In this document: piece after piece, positions 22,732 to 30,791 of the stretch
How the letters are laid out: each line of letters starts with the position of its first letter
Numbering within the stretch: the first letter of the stretch is position 1
The notes under the pieces: generated by a model
Databases searched by the model: none
What the model was told of the DNA's origin: nothing
The model's input: the letters and a program-made list of their open reading frames with translations, nothing else
NCBI GenBank assembly: GCA_964559545.1
Contig: CAZLJG010000001.1
Coordinates: 1-32,773 of the forward strand
Direction of reading: 5' to 3'
Source: an uncultured Solibacteraceae bacterium
GTDB taxonomy: Bacteria > Acidobacteriota > Vicinamibacteria > Vicinamibacterales > SCN-69-37
Length of the DNA: 32,773 nt
Made by a program: the position numbers and the translations under genes

Positions 22732-24384
22732 TCAACGCGGAGCGCGCAGCAACATCGGCCCCGCACAGGCAAAGCCCTGAGGCGCGACGATGTCGGCCCA
22801 GCGGGTGGCGTCGAAGTAGAGCGTGATTGGGGCGGAGTCACCGTTGCGGGTCACTTCGAAGATCTCGATGTCGCGGGCAGGCGGCTCCGGGCCACTTCCA
22901 GTGCGACGGACGGTCAGGCCCTGGCCTCTGTCGCCGCGAAGTGTGAGCAGAAACAATCGCGCCCGCTCGACCACTTGCTCCACGCCACCACCAACCGGGA
23001 TCGCCATCGCCGCGCTGCGGCCGAACCCGGGGTCCGCTGACACCGCACACTGCGGCGGCGGCATCGTCGGCATATCCTGCGTGCGGGTGAGGTTGAGCGT
23101 CGACAGCGAATTCATCCCGCGCGACGCATTGGGGGTGAACACGGCACCGGGCGGAAGGCTGCCGGTCGGCGGCGCGATAGCGCGCACGGGAATCGTGAGC
23201 GATTGCACCATCGGCGCACCGTTCCACTTGAGCGGCTCGAGCACCCATTGGGAGAAGGCCTGCACGGCCTGATCCAGCAGCTCTTCTGGGCCCGCGGCGT
23301 AGTCCACGATCTGCGGGCGCCCGGCCGGGTCGACCACGACGGTCAACCTGATGGGATTGTTGTCTGGCGGCGGCGTCACACCGGGCGTCAGGATGATCGG
23401 CACCTGTCGGGCTGGTCGCGCAGGCGTGATCTCCACCGGGAGTTTCACCTCGCGCGCATCGCCTTCACACACCTGCTCCTGATACTGGATGACGACGAAG
23501 TCCGTGCGTCGCGGCATCGCGATCCGCACGCGCTGGCCCACCGCATGTTCCGGCACGGTCACACCCGGCAACGCCTTGGCGAGGTCATCTCCGCGCAGCT
23601 CATCGCCCTTCGGCGCTTCCCCACCGTTGGCGTCGGTCACGTTGATTGCACGCGGCCGTACGACCCGATCGCCACACGCGAGTGGATACGCGACCAGCAA
23701 CAGCTGCTGGAGGCCCACCTGCGCAGGCGGATCCTCGGCATCCAGCGGCTTCCCCGCGGCGGTCGCCGCCCGTGACAACAGAACAGCCTGTCGGAACTGA
23801 TCCCAGGCGACACCGTACCGGTCCGGCTCTTTCGCCGAAAGAGGAACGGGGGTGACGTTGTTGCCGGCCGCCCACTTCACGGCCATCGCGGTGGTCTTGC
23901 GCGTGATCTCAAACGGATCGGCGGGCGGTCGCGTGAGGCCGATCGCCGCGCCACACACAAGCCCCTGCGGCGCACGCGGTGTTTCCCAACGGTAGACGTC
24001 GAGGAACATCACAAAGGGCTCATTGCGGCCCGACCACGACAGCTCGTACCGATCGAGGATCGTCTTCTCAGGCCCCTGGTAGGACCCACTTCGCTTGAAA
24101 CTGACGACTTCGCCGGCCGGCCCACGCAGCGCCTTGAGGTACTGCTGTTCCCGCGCCGCCACTGTCCGCGCGCCGCCACCGAGTTTCACGGGATTCTCGG
24201 CCGTGGTGCCGTACGTCGGATCAGTAGCCACCTCACACCGCGGAATCACACTGCGCTCACCCTGCTCGACCGGGACGCCACTGGTCACCTGTGCGGCGGC
24301 CGGAGCGGCCAGGACAACAACTGCGAGATGGCACGCTACAACCCAGCGTGCCCTACATGCGCATCCGCCCATCCAGTTACCCAT
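22732..24384 (-). CDS. exported hypothetical protein: duplicated Cys-bounded 95-aa domain flanking a TonB_C-like domain
   Basis: 550 aa with a signal-peptide-like N-terminus (...HLAVVVLAAPAAA|Q). Residues 50-144 and 446-540 align without gaps at 31/95 identities (hand count). Residues ~344-402 (RLTVVVDPAGRPQIVDYAAGPEELLDQAVQAFSQWVLEPLKWNGAPMV) resemble the TonB_C domain of the 2427..3452 product. The ATG directly abuts the upstream stop (TAGATG). Confidence 0.7.
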   Translation of the reverse strand: MGNWMGGCACRARWVVACHLAVVVLAAPAAAQVTSGVPVEQGERSVIPRCEVATDPTYGTTAENPVKLGGGARTVAAREQQYLKALRGPAGEVVSFKRSGSYQGPEKTILDRYELSWSGRNEPFVMFLDVYRWETPRAPQGLVCGAAIGLTRPPADPFEITRKTTAMAVKWAAGNNVTPVPLSAKEPDRYGVAWDQFRQAVLLSRAATAAGKPLDAEDPPAQVGLQQLLLVAYPLACGDRVVRPRAINVTDANGGEAPKGDELRGDDLAKALPGVTVPEHAVGQRVRIAMPRRTDFVVIQYQEQVCEGDAREVKLPVEITPARPARQVPIILTPGVTPPPDNNPIRLTVVVDPAGRPQIVDYAAGPEELLDQAVQAFSQWVLEPLKWNGAPMVQSLTIPVRAIAPPTGSLPPGAVFTPNASRGMNSLSTLNLTRTQDMPTMPPPQCAVSADPGFGRSAAMAIPVGGGVEQVVERARLFLLTLRGDRGQGLTVRRTGSGPEPPARDIEIFEVTRNGDSAPITLYFDATRWADIVAPQGFACAGPMLLRAPR

Positions 24385-25806
24385 CTAGAAAATCCCAACG
24401 CGTCCAGACACGTTTGCAATCAGCCGCGCCGAATCAAATCCAACGCCCTGCTTGAAGACCGTCACGACCTTGCGCACATCGCCGATGGCCGTCGTCGGGT
24501 CGCCGTTGAAGACGATGATGTCGGCTTGTTTGCCTATGACGAGCGAGCCGGTGATCTGGTCGCGTCCGAGGTAGCGCGCACCGTTGAGCGTGACGACCTG
24601 CACGGCTTCCGGCAGCGTGAACCCGGCTTCGACAAGGATCTCGATCGTCCGCTGATTCGAAAATCCTGGAATCACGCCGCCACCGCCGGTGGGGTCGGTG
24701 CCGGCCACGAGTTTGCCGCCCGCGCGGAAGAATGCAAGGTCGAGCGCCAGGCCTTTCGGGAACAACGTCGCGTAGATCGAGTTCGCGTTTTTCGCCGTGC
24801 GTGCGTAGTTCTGCTCGAACTGCTCCTTCAATTGCGGCGTCAGCACATCCAGCCCGGGCGGCATCGGGCGGCCAGGCGTAAACGTCTCAAAGACGGTCGG
24901 GGTCGTTGTCAACGTCACGCCCATATCGATCAGCGTCTTCACAAGTGCGAGGAACTGCGGCGACTTGGGATCCAGCGCGGCGATCGATTGCTGACCGACG
25001 GCCTGGCCTGGGCACGCGTTGGCCTTCTTGTCGGCGACAAAATCAGTCGCGGCCATGAACGAGTGTTCGAGGTTGTCGATGCCCAGTTCGGCGGCTTCGG
25101 CGTACGTGACCGAGCAGAGATGACCCGTGACCTTCAGGCCGCGCTTGTGGGCTTCGCTGATGGCCGCTGCGAGATCGTCGCGCGAGATGTTCATGTACGC
25201 CTTGAACGACGTCGCACCTTCATCCGCCCAGTAATTCACCTGCTTTCGCGCATCGTCAGGCCCGGACAACACGCGCATCTGCTGGAAAGTGTTTGGGCCG
25301 TTGAGGTAGGGCGCTGTGGCGTCCATCCAGGGGCCGGCCTTTGACCCGGCCTCGATAAGGCGCTTCATGTTGATGTCCATCGTGCCGTGCACGTTGCCGC
25401 CGGTGCGCATCGACGTCACGCCGCCGGCAAGATACAACTGCACAAAGCTCTCACCGAGCTGGCCATACACGCCGGGGCCCGTGGGGTAGTAGAGATGCTC
25501 GTGCACCATGACCATGCCGGGCATCACGGTCTTGCCGGTGAGGTCGACGACGGTGGCGCCTTCGGGCACTGGTGTCGAAGCGCTCGCTCCGATGGCGGCG
25601 ATCCGGCCGTCCCGAATAATCACCGTCTGGTCACTGCGTGCCGGCGCACCGGTGCCATCAAGCACCTTCGCGTGCGTCAGTGCCACGACTGGAGCATCCA
25701 CTGTGACGAAACGGCGGATGTTGTTGCCAATCGGCGGCCGTTGCGCCTGCACGGAAGTGAACGCCACGGCCATCAGCACACCGGCGACAAGCAATGTCTG
25801 TCTCAT
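24385..25806 (-). CDS. exported amidohydrolase family protein (metal-dependent hydrolase)
   Basis: Track ORF 24385..25923 trimmed to ATG 25806, giving signal peptide MRQTLLVAGVLMAVAFTSVQA|Q. It reads VIIRDGRIAAIG...VMPGMVMVHEHLYY (HxH metal motif)...KVTGHLCS...LEHSF...GTDP. Confidence 0.85.
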   Translation of the reverse strand: MRQTLLVAGVLMAVAFTSVQAQRPPIGNNIRRFVTVDAPVVALTHAKVLDGTGAPARSDQTVIIRDGRIAAIGASASTPVPEGATVVDLTGKTVMPGMVMVHEHLYYPTGPGVYGQLGESFVQLYLAGGVTSMRTGGNVHGTMDINMKRLIEAGSKAGPWMDATAPYLNGPNTFQQMRVLSGPDDARKQVNYWADEGATSFKAYMNISRDDLAAAISEAHKRGLKVTGHLCSVTYAEAAELGIDNLEHSFMAATDFVADKKANACPGQAVGQQSIAALDPKSPQFLALVKTLIDMGVTLTTTPTVFETFTPGRPMPPGLDVLTPQLKEQFEQNYARTAKNANSIYATLFPKGLALDLAFFRAGGKLVAGTDPTGGGGVIPGFSNQRTIEILVEAGFTLPEAVQVVTLNGARYLGRDQITGSLVIGKQADIIVFNGDPTTAIGDVRKVVTVFKQGVGFDSARLIANVSGRVGIF

Positions 25807-25845
25807 AGGGGCGGATTCTACACCCCGCTCTCGTATAATTCCTGG
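25807..25845. promoter_or_regulatory. 39-bp divergent spacer with a -10-like hexamer 6-8 nt before each start codon
   Basis: On the plus strand TATAAT (25834-25839) is followed by tcctgg and ATG 25846. On the minus strand TAGAAT (complement of 25815-25820) is followed by ccgcccct and ATG 25806. There is no SD on either side. Confidence 0.5.
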
Positions 25846-27972
25846 ATGCTCAAGTTCGCTTTTGTACGACAGTTGTCTCTGACCGTGTTGTGCGCAGCCG
25901 TCGCCGCGCCGGCACTGGCCCAAACGCAGCCCCCGACCGTGACGTTGCCCGAGGTGACGGTGACCGCCCAGAAGGAACCCGCCAAGGCGCAGGATCTTCC
26001 GGTCAGCGTCACCGCGATTACCGCCGGCATGCTTGAACGCGCGGGCGTCTCCATCGTCAGCGACGCGGTGCTCGCGGCGCCGAATTCGATTTTCACCGAG
26101 TTCACCGCGCGCAAACTCAGCAACGCGCGATTCCGTGGCCTCGGGTCGAGCCCGGCCAATCCCGCGGTGACCACGTTCATCGACGGCGTGCCGGTGCTCA
26201 ACGCCAATGCATCGAGCATTGAGCTGATCGCCGTGGATCAGGTGGAGTTTGTGCGCGGACCGCAGAGTGCGTTGTTCGGGCGCAACACCCTGGGCGGCCT
26301 CGTCAACATTTCGTCGGCGCGCCCCAACCTCTCGCGATGGACCGGCCGCCTCTCGGCGCCGCTTGGCGACAACGGCACACGCGAGATCCGCGGGTCGGTG
26401 TCAGGCCCGCTGTCGAACACGGTAGCCCTGGGTGTCGCGATCGGTCACGGGGAGCGTGATGGGTTCACGACCAACAGCATCACGGGCAATGCGATCGATG
26501 GCCGCAAGGGCACGTTCGGCAAGGCCCAGCTGCTCTGGACGCCGAATGCACGTTTCGAAACGCGCCTCATCGTCAGCGGTGAACGGTCGCGTGATGGCGA
26601 CTATGCGCTGAGTGATCTCGCGGGCCTGCGCCAGAATCCGTTTACAGTGGCGCGCGACTTCGAGGGCTATCAGAACCGCGACGTTCGTTCGGCCACGCTG
26701 CTGGCGCGTTACGAGGGTTCGCGCGTGAGCGTGACGTCCACCTCCGGGTACCTCCGCTGGGACACCCGCGACGAAACGGACCTCGACTACACGCCGCTGA
26801 GTCTTGTCACCCGCGACAACACGGAAGAGGCCAGCCAGTTCAGTCAGGAAGTGCGCATTGCCTCAGCGGGCGCCGCCCCGGTCCGCCTTTCGGACTCGGC
26901 GACGCTCAGCTGGCAGGTCGGTGGCGTGATGTTCACGCAGAACTACGAACAAACCGCCATCAACCGGTACTCGCCGTTCATCCTGTCGCCGTTCCTCGGA
27001 TTCCCGATCCAGCAGTACTCGCCCAAGGGCACAATCGACGACCTCGGCTTCGGTGGTTTTGCGCAGGCGACCTTCTCATTCTCAAACCGCGTGGATCTGG
27101 CCGTGGGTGCCCGTGCCGACCGCGAAACGAAGGACGCCACGCTCGACACGTACTTCGATCCGATGATTGCCCCGCCGGCGGCGGTCGCCGAGAAGGTGAC
27201 CTACTCCAACATTTCGCCGAATGCGTCGCTGACCGTGCACGTGCGTCCCGGTGCGATCGTCTACGCCACAGCGGGCCGCGGCTACAAGGCCGGCGGCTTC
27301 AATCCGACGGCACCGCCCTCGGCGGAGTCCTACGGGGAGGAACTGACGTGGACGATGGAGGCTGGAAGCAAGACGTCGTTCGCCAACGGCCGTGTGATCG
27401 CGAACGCGGCGGTCTTCCTGATCGACTGGACCGACCTGCAGTTGAACCTGCCCATCCCGATGGCGCCCGGCCAGTTCTACATCTCAAACGTGGGTGGCGC
27501 GACCAGTCGTGGCGTCGAACTTGAACTCATGGCGCGTGCCGGACGCGGCGTCGACATCTTCGGCGCGCTCGGCCTGACGCGCGCGCGCTTCGACGTGGGC
27601 AGCACCTCGGAAGGCGTTGATGTCGGCGACAACCGCATCCCGTTCACGCCGGAGTACACCGCGTCGGTCGGCATGCAGTTCTCCCGTCAGCTGCGCGACC
27701 GCATCTCCACCTTCGGGCGTGTCGAACTCGTCCGCTACGGCAAGTTTGATTATGACGATGCGAATACGGCGGGGCAGAAGGCCTACGCCCTCGCGAATCT
27801 GCGCGCCGGCGTGGATGTGCGCGGCATGACCATCGAGGGCTGGGTGCGCAACGCGTTTGACACGCGCTACATCCCGACCGCGTTTGCATATCCGTTCTTC
27901 GCGCCGTCGGGGTTCGTCGGCGAAAGCGGACGGCCGCGCACGATTGGGATCACGCTGGGGGTGGGCTTCTAA
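25846..27972 (+). CDS. TonB-dependent receptor
   Basis: Track ORF 25387..27972 trimmed to ATG 25846. Signal peptide MLKFAFVRQLSLTVLCAAVAAPALA|Q. The TonB-box-like sequence is TVTLPEVTVTAQ. The plug block is DLPVSVTAITAGMLERAGV...RFRGLGSS...TFIDGVPV. The barrel terminates ...RTIGITLGVGF with a canonical C-terminal Phe. Confidence 0.9.
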   Translation: MLKFAFVRQLSLTVLCAAVAAPALAQTQPPTVTLPEVTVTAQKEPAKAQDLPVSVTAITAGMLERAGVSIVSDAVLAAPNSIFTEFTARKLSNARFRGLGSSPANPAVTTFIDGVPVLNANASSIELIAVDQVEFVRGPQSALFGRNTLGGLVNISSARPNLSRWTGRLSAPLGDNGTREIRGSVSGPLSNTVALGVAIGHGERDGFTTNSITGNAIDGRKGTFGKAQLLWTPNARFETRLIVSGERSRDGDYALSDLAGLRQNPFTVARDFEGYQNRDVRSATLLARYEGSRVSVTSTSGYLRWDTRDETDLDYTPLSLVTRDNTEEASQFSQEVRIASAGAAPVRLSDSATLSWQVGGVMFTQNYEQTAINRYSPFILSPFLGFPIQQYSPKGTIDDLGFGGFAQATFSFSNRVDLAVGARADRETKDATLDTYFDPMIAPPAAVAEKVTYSNISPNASLTVHVRPGAIVYATAGRGYKAGGFNPTAPPSAESYGEELTWTMEAGSKTSFANGRVIANAAVFLIDWTDLQLNLPIPMAPGQFYISNVGGATSRGVELELMARAGRGVDIFGALGLTRARFDVGSTSEGVDVGDNRIPFTPEYTASVGMQFSRQLRDRISTFGRVELVRYGKFDYDDANTAGQKAYALANLRAGVDVRGMTIEGWVRNAFDTRYIPTAFAYPFFAPSGFVGESGRPRTIGITLGVGF

Positions 27973-27987
27973 GGATTGTTCGGAGCC

Positions 27988-28031
27988 GCCGGGCTTCAGC
28001 CCGGCGATTACAGCCGGGCTAAAGCCCGGCT
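27988..28031. terminator. two tandem GC-rich palindromic hairpins between convergent genes
   Basis: The first is GCCGGGCT-tc-AGCCCGGC (27988-28005). The second is AGCCGGGCT-aa-AGCCCGGCT (28012-28031). They lie between the TBDR stop (27972) and the DUF1028 stop (28044). Confidence 0.55.
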
Positions 28032-28043
28032 GCTCCAGCGTCC

Positions 28044-28793
28044 CTATTCCCCTCTCGGATACCGGCGCTCGATGAGGCGCCGGAGTTCTTTGATCGGCTC
28101 CGGGTTGTCATCAACCTGGAGCCGAAGCACCACGTCGTTGTGGAGCCACACGCCGCCGTCCTTCTTCACAATCAATATCGCCGCTGACTGCATGCCGCGG
28201 GTGTCGCCACCGGCGGCCTGCCCCGCTTCGAGCGCTGCCTGCAGCCTGAACGCGAGCCGCCCTTTCGTGGTCTCGAACGCGGTGATCATGTCGGCGACCA
28301 CCGCGGGGCCGGCGAGGATGTTGCCCTGCGCGGTGGCGTACTTGCCCTGTTTATGTCCGGCCCACGTGCTGGCTTCCGGTCCCGTGAACACGGCCGTCTC
28401 GCCTGTCGGCGTGATCACCGCAAACTGACGTCCGGCCTTCGGCCATCGCTGGCCGCGCAGCCCTGGATCGGGATCCCGTTCCCAGATTTGTTTGATGACA
28501 TCCGCTGGCGCCACACCTTTGCGCAACAACTCGAGCGCCTGCGGACCATAACTCACGTCCACAATCGCCTGCGTGGCCACTGCACCCACGCCGGCTTCGG
28601 CCCACAACACGCCGTTGCCGACCGAGAACACGCGAGACTGGACCGCGCCGCGGAACTCGCCGGTGGCCGGGTCGTAGCCGAGAATCGAAAACGTCGCCAC
28701 CGGATCCGGATCGCGGTCTGCTGGCGCCGGCGCCGCCATGAGCACGCTGCCCACCGAGGCCACCAGAGTGAGAACCCATGTTGCTCTGCGCAT
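28044..28793 (-). CDS. exported DUF1028 domain protein (Ntn-hydrolase-like fold family)
   Basis: Track ORF 28044..28907 trimmed to ATG 28793 (MRRATWVLTLVASVGSVLMAAPAPA). TFSILGYDPATGEFRGAVQSRVFSVGNGVLWAEAGVGAVATQA matches the DUF1028 N-terminal pattern. The start overlaps the upstream stop (TAATG). Confidence 0.8.
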   Translation of the reverse strand: MRRATWVLTLVASVGSVLMAAPAPADRDPDPVATFSILGYDPATGEFRGAVQSRVFSVGNGVLWAEAGVGAVATQAIVDVSYGPQALELLRKGVAPADVIKQIWERDPDPGLRGQRWPKAGRQFAVITPTGETAVFTGPEASTWAGHKQGKYATAQGNILAGPAVVADMITAFETTKGRLAFRLQAALEAGQAAGGDTRGMQSAAILIVKKDGGVWLHNDVVLRLQVDDNPEPIKELRRLIERRYPRGE

Positions 28794-29737
28794 TACTGCC
28801 TCCGTACAGGAACCGGTCGAAGGATAAACCCTGCCACGGCGTCCACAAACGCGTCGTGGGTATCTTCCAACTGCGCGGCGTGATCGCCGCCAGGCAGGAT
28901 CGTCCACTGTCGATGCGCCGAGGCCAGCCCCGCCACAAACTTGGCGGTCGTGCTGTCGTCCATTCCGGGATCGCGGGATCCGTGAATCACCAGGACAGGC
29001 ATCGTGAGCTTGTCGAGACGCATCGCGTTGAACTCGTCTTCGCGAATCCAGTCCATACGCACCGGATCGGCCGCGAGAGCCTGTTTCACAAAGGCCTCGA
29101 CGACCGCGCGCGGAGTCACCAGAGGAGAAATGAAATCGCTCTCCGCATCAACCCGTGCGGTCTTCTGCATCGCGGGCTGCTCGGGCGGCGTCATCGTGGC
29201 GAACTTGAGCTCGGGATCCACGGAATACCCGAAAAGCACGAGCGACGACAACACCGCATCGGGCTGTTGCGCCGCCAACTGCACGACGGCGCCGCCGAGG
29301 GACCATCCCAGCAGCGACGGTGGCGGCAACCCGGGATGGCGGGCCGCCACCCACTTCAACACCGCGACGACGTCAGCCGCTGCGCGCGTGGGCGTGAGAA
29401 ACCCCGTCCGGTCACGGGGCGACGCGCCGTACCCGCGCAGGTCCACCGCGTAGACCGCGAAGCCACGCGCCGCCAGCGAGGCCATGACAGACCGCTGCTG
29501 TCCCGGTACCTGCAAATCAAAGTCAGGCCGACTGCTCCATGTGCGGCCGTGGACCAGGAGGATTGTGGCGCGTGGCGTCGCGGCGGTGCGCGTCCACACC
29601 GCCAGTGGATGTCCGCCCACAAGCACAGTGAATTGAGCGGGAGGCGCTGGCGTCTGTGCGGCCGGCGACGCCACCACAAGGAGCGCGACGATCAGAGCGC
29701 AGACTCTAGCGGCCACCGGATCGTTTGAGCGCCGCAA
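28793..29737 (-). CDS. exported alpha/beta hydrolase
   Basis: 314 aa with signal peptide ...ALIVALLVVASPAA|Q. It reads ILLVHGRTWSS and has the nucleophile elbow LLGWSLGG. The C-terminus has GDHAAQLE (His region). GTG 29713 is an alternative start and would reduce the overlap with the upstream gene to 8 nt. Confidence 0.8.
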   Translation of the reverse strand: MRRSNDPVAARVCALIVALLVVASPAAQTPAPPAQFTVLVGGHPLAVWTRTAATPRATILLVHGRTWSSRPDFDLQVPGQQRSVMASLAARGFAVYAVDLRGYGASPRDRTGFLTPTRAAADVVAVLKWVAARHPGLPPPSLLGWSLGGAVVQLAAQQPDAVLSSLVLFGYSVDPELKFATMTPPEQPAMQKTARVDAESDFISPLVTPRAVVEAFVKQALAADPVRMDWIREDEFNAMRLDKLTMPVLVIHGSRDPGMDDSTTAKFVAGLASAHRQWTILPGGDHAAQLEDTHDAFVDAVAGFILRPVPVRRQ

Positions 29738-30284
29738 GCGCCTGCGTCAACATGGCCTCGGCCTCAGTATTGCGACCGGCCAGCGCATACAGATCGGCAA
29801 GCTCCAGGTAGGGCGCGATCGTCGTCGGCCGCGCGGCGACCAATGCTTTGAGTTCGGCTTCCATGCCACTCGACAAGGCTGCGACCGATGCCACACGCTG
29901 CTGTTCTCTGACAGCGTTCAGTTCGGTCTGCACGCTCTGTCGCACTGGATGGTCGGCCCCGAGCGGCATGTCGATCAGGCGCTGTTCGAGCGCATATCGC
30001 CGGGCAGCCAGCATCTGGATGTCGCTCTGCGTCGCCTCGAAATTTACGCGCCGAATCTGTGAGCGCACCGCCTCGAGCTTCTGGCTCACAGTCACCCGCA
30101 TCGGATGGGCCTCTCCGAAGCGGAGTCCGGCAAGCTCCCGTTCCAGCTCAAGGCGCTGCCGATGCAGTTCGGAAACCCGAACGACGCGTTCGACAATGGC
30201 ATTAAGTTCCTGCGCGGATTGTTGGGGCGCTGGTGCGCCGGTGAGGCCGGTGAGTGCGAAGGCAAGTACCACGATGGCGGTCAT
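29706..30284 (-). CDS. hypothetical exported coiled-coil protein with internal G-x-x-HP-x-R repeat
   Basis: 192 aa with hydrophobic N-terminus MTAIVVLAFALTGLTGA. The repeats are LAGLRFGEAHPMRVTVSQKLEAVRSQ and LIDMPLGADHPVRQSVQTELNAVREQ. The tail is TPR-like (YLELADLYALAGRNTEAEAML). The ATG overlaps the cupin stop (ATGA). Confidence 0.55.
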   Translation of the reverse strand: MTAIVVLAFALTGLTGAPAPQQSAQELNAIVERVVRVSELHRQRLELERELAGLRFGEAHPMRVTVSQKLEAVRSQIRRVNFEATQSDIQMLAARRYALEQRLIDMPLGADHPVRQSVQTELNAVREQQRVASVAALSSGMEAELKALVAARPTTIAPYLELADLYALAGRNTEAEAMLTQALAALKRSGGR

Positions 30285-30763
30285 CGAAACTCCTCCAGAT
30301 CCGGGAACCGCTCACACACGCGGCTGGCGGTGTCCGGATCATCGCTCAGCATGGCGAAGTCGGCAAAATCGAATCCGGGCCCCACGGTGCAGCCGACAAG
30401 TGTGTACGCGCCCGCCGACTTCGCGGCCTGCCAGTGCCCAGCCGGGACGACGTGGGCGGGTCTGGCGGTGCCGTCCCAGGCGCCCAATCGGACGTGCTCA
30501 CACCGCTCGAGCGCCGGATCACACGACACCAGCACCAGCGGATCACCTTCGTAGAAATGCCAGGCTTCGTCGGAGGACACCCGGTGCCATCGCGACCGCT
30601 GGCCTTCCACCAACAGAAAGTAGATGGTGGTCAGCGCCGACCGTTCACCGCGCCGCCCATCGGCCGTCACCAGGCTCCGGGATCGGAACACCTCGGAATA
30701 CCACCCGCCTTCGGGGTGGGGTCGCAGGCTGAGTTGGCGAATCAGCGTCTCGGGTCGAGTCAC
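30281..30763 (-). CDS. cupin domain protein (DUF985 family)
   Basis: Track ORF 30281..30949 trimmed to GTG 30763 to clear ychF. VTRPETLIRQLSLRPHPEGGWYSEVFRS...TTIYFLL...WHRVSSDEAWHFYEGDPL...VPAGHWQAA...TLVGCTVGPGFDFADF matches the DUF985 pattern. Confidence 0.8.
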   Translation of the reverse strand: MTRPETLIRQLSLRPHPEGGWYSEVFRSRSLVTADGRRGERSALTTIYFLLVEGQRSRWHRVSSDEAWHFYEGDPLVLVSCDPALERCEHVRLGAWDGTARPAHVVPAGHWQAAKSAGAYTLVGCTVGPGFDFADFAMLSDDPDTASRVCERFPDLEEFR

Positions 30764-30791
30764 AGTCGCCGCCTTTCGGGTGCCTTTGGCA

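Noticed and set aside
25807-25845. Riboswitch (for example cobalamin or TPP) upstream of either TonB-dependent receptor
   Set aside because: The upstream gaps are only 39 nt (25846 gene) and 6 nt (17241 gene), far too short for any known riboswitch aptamer.
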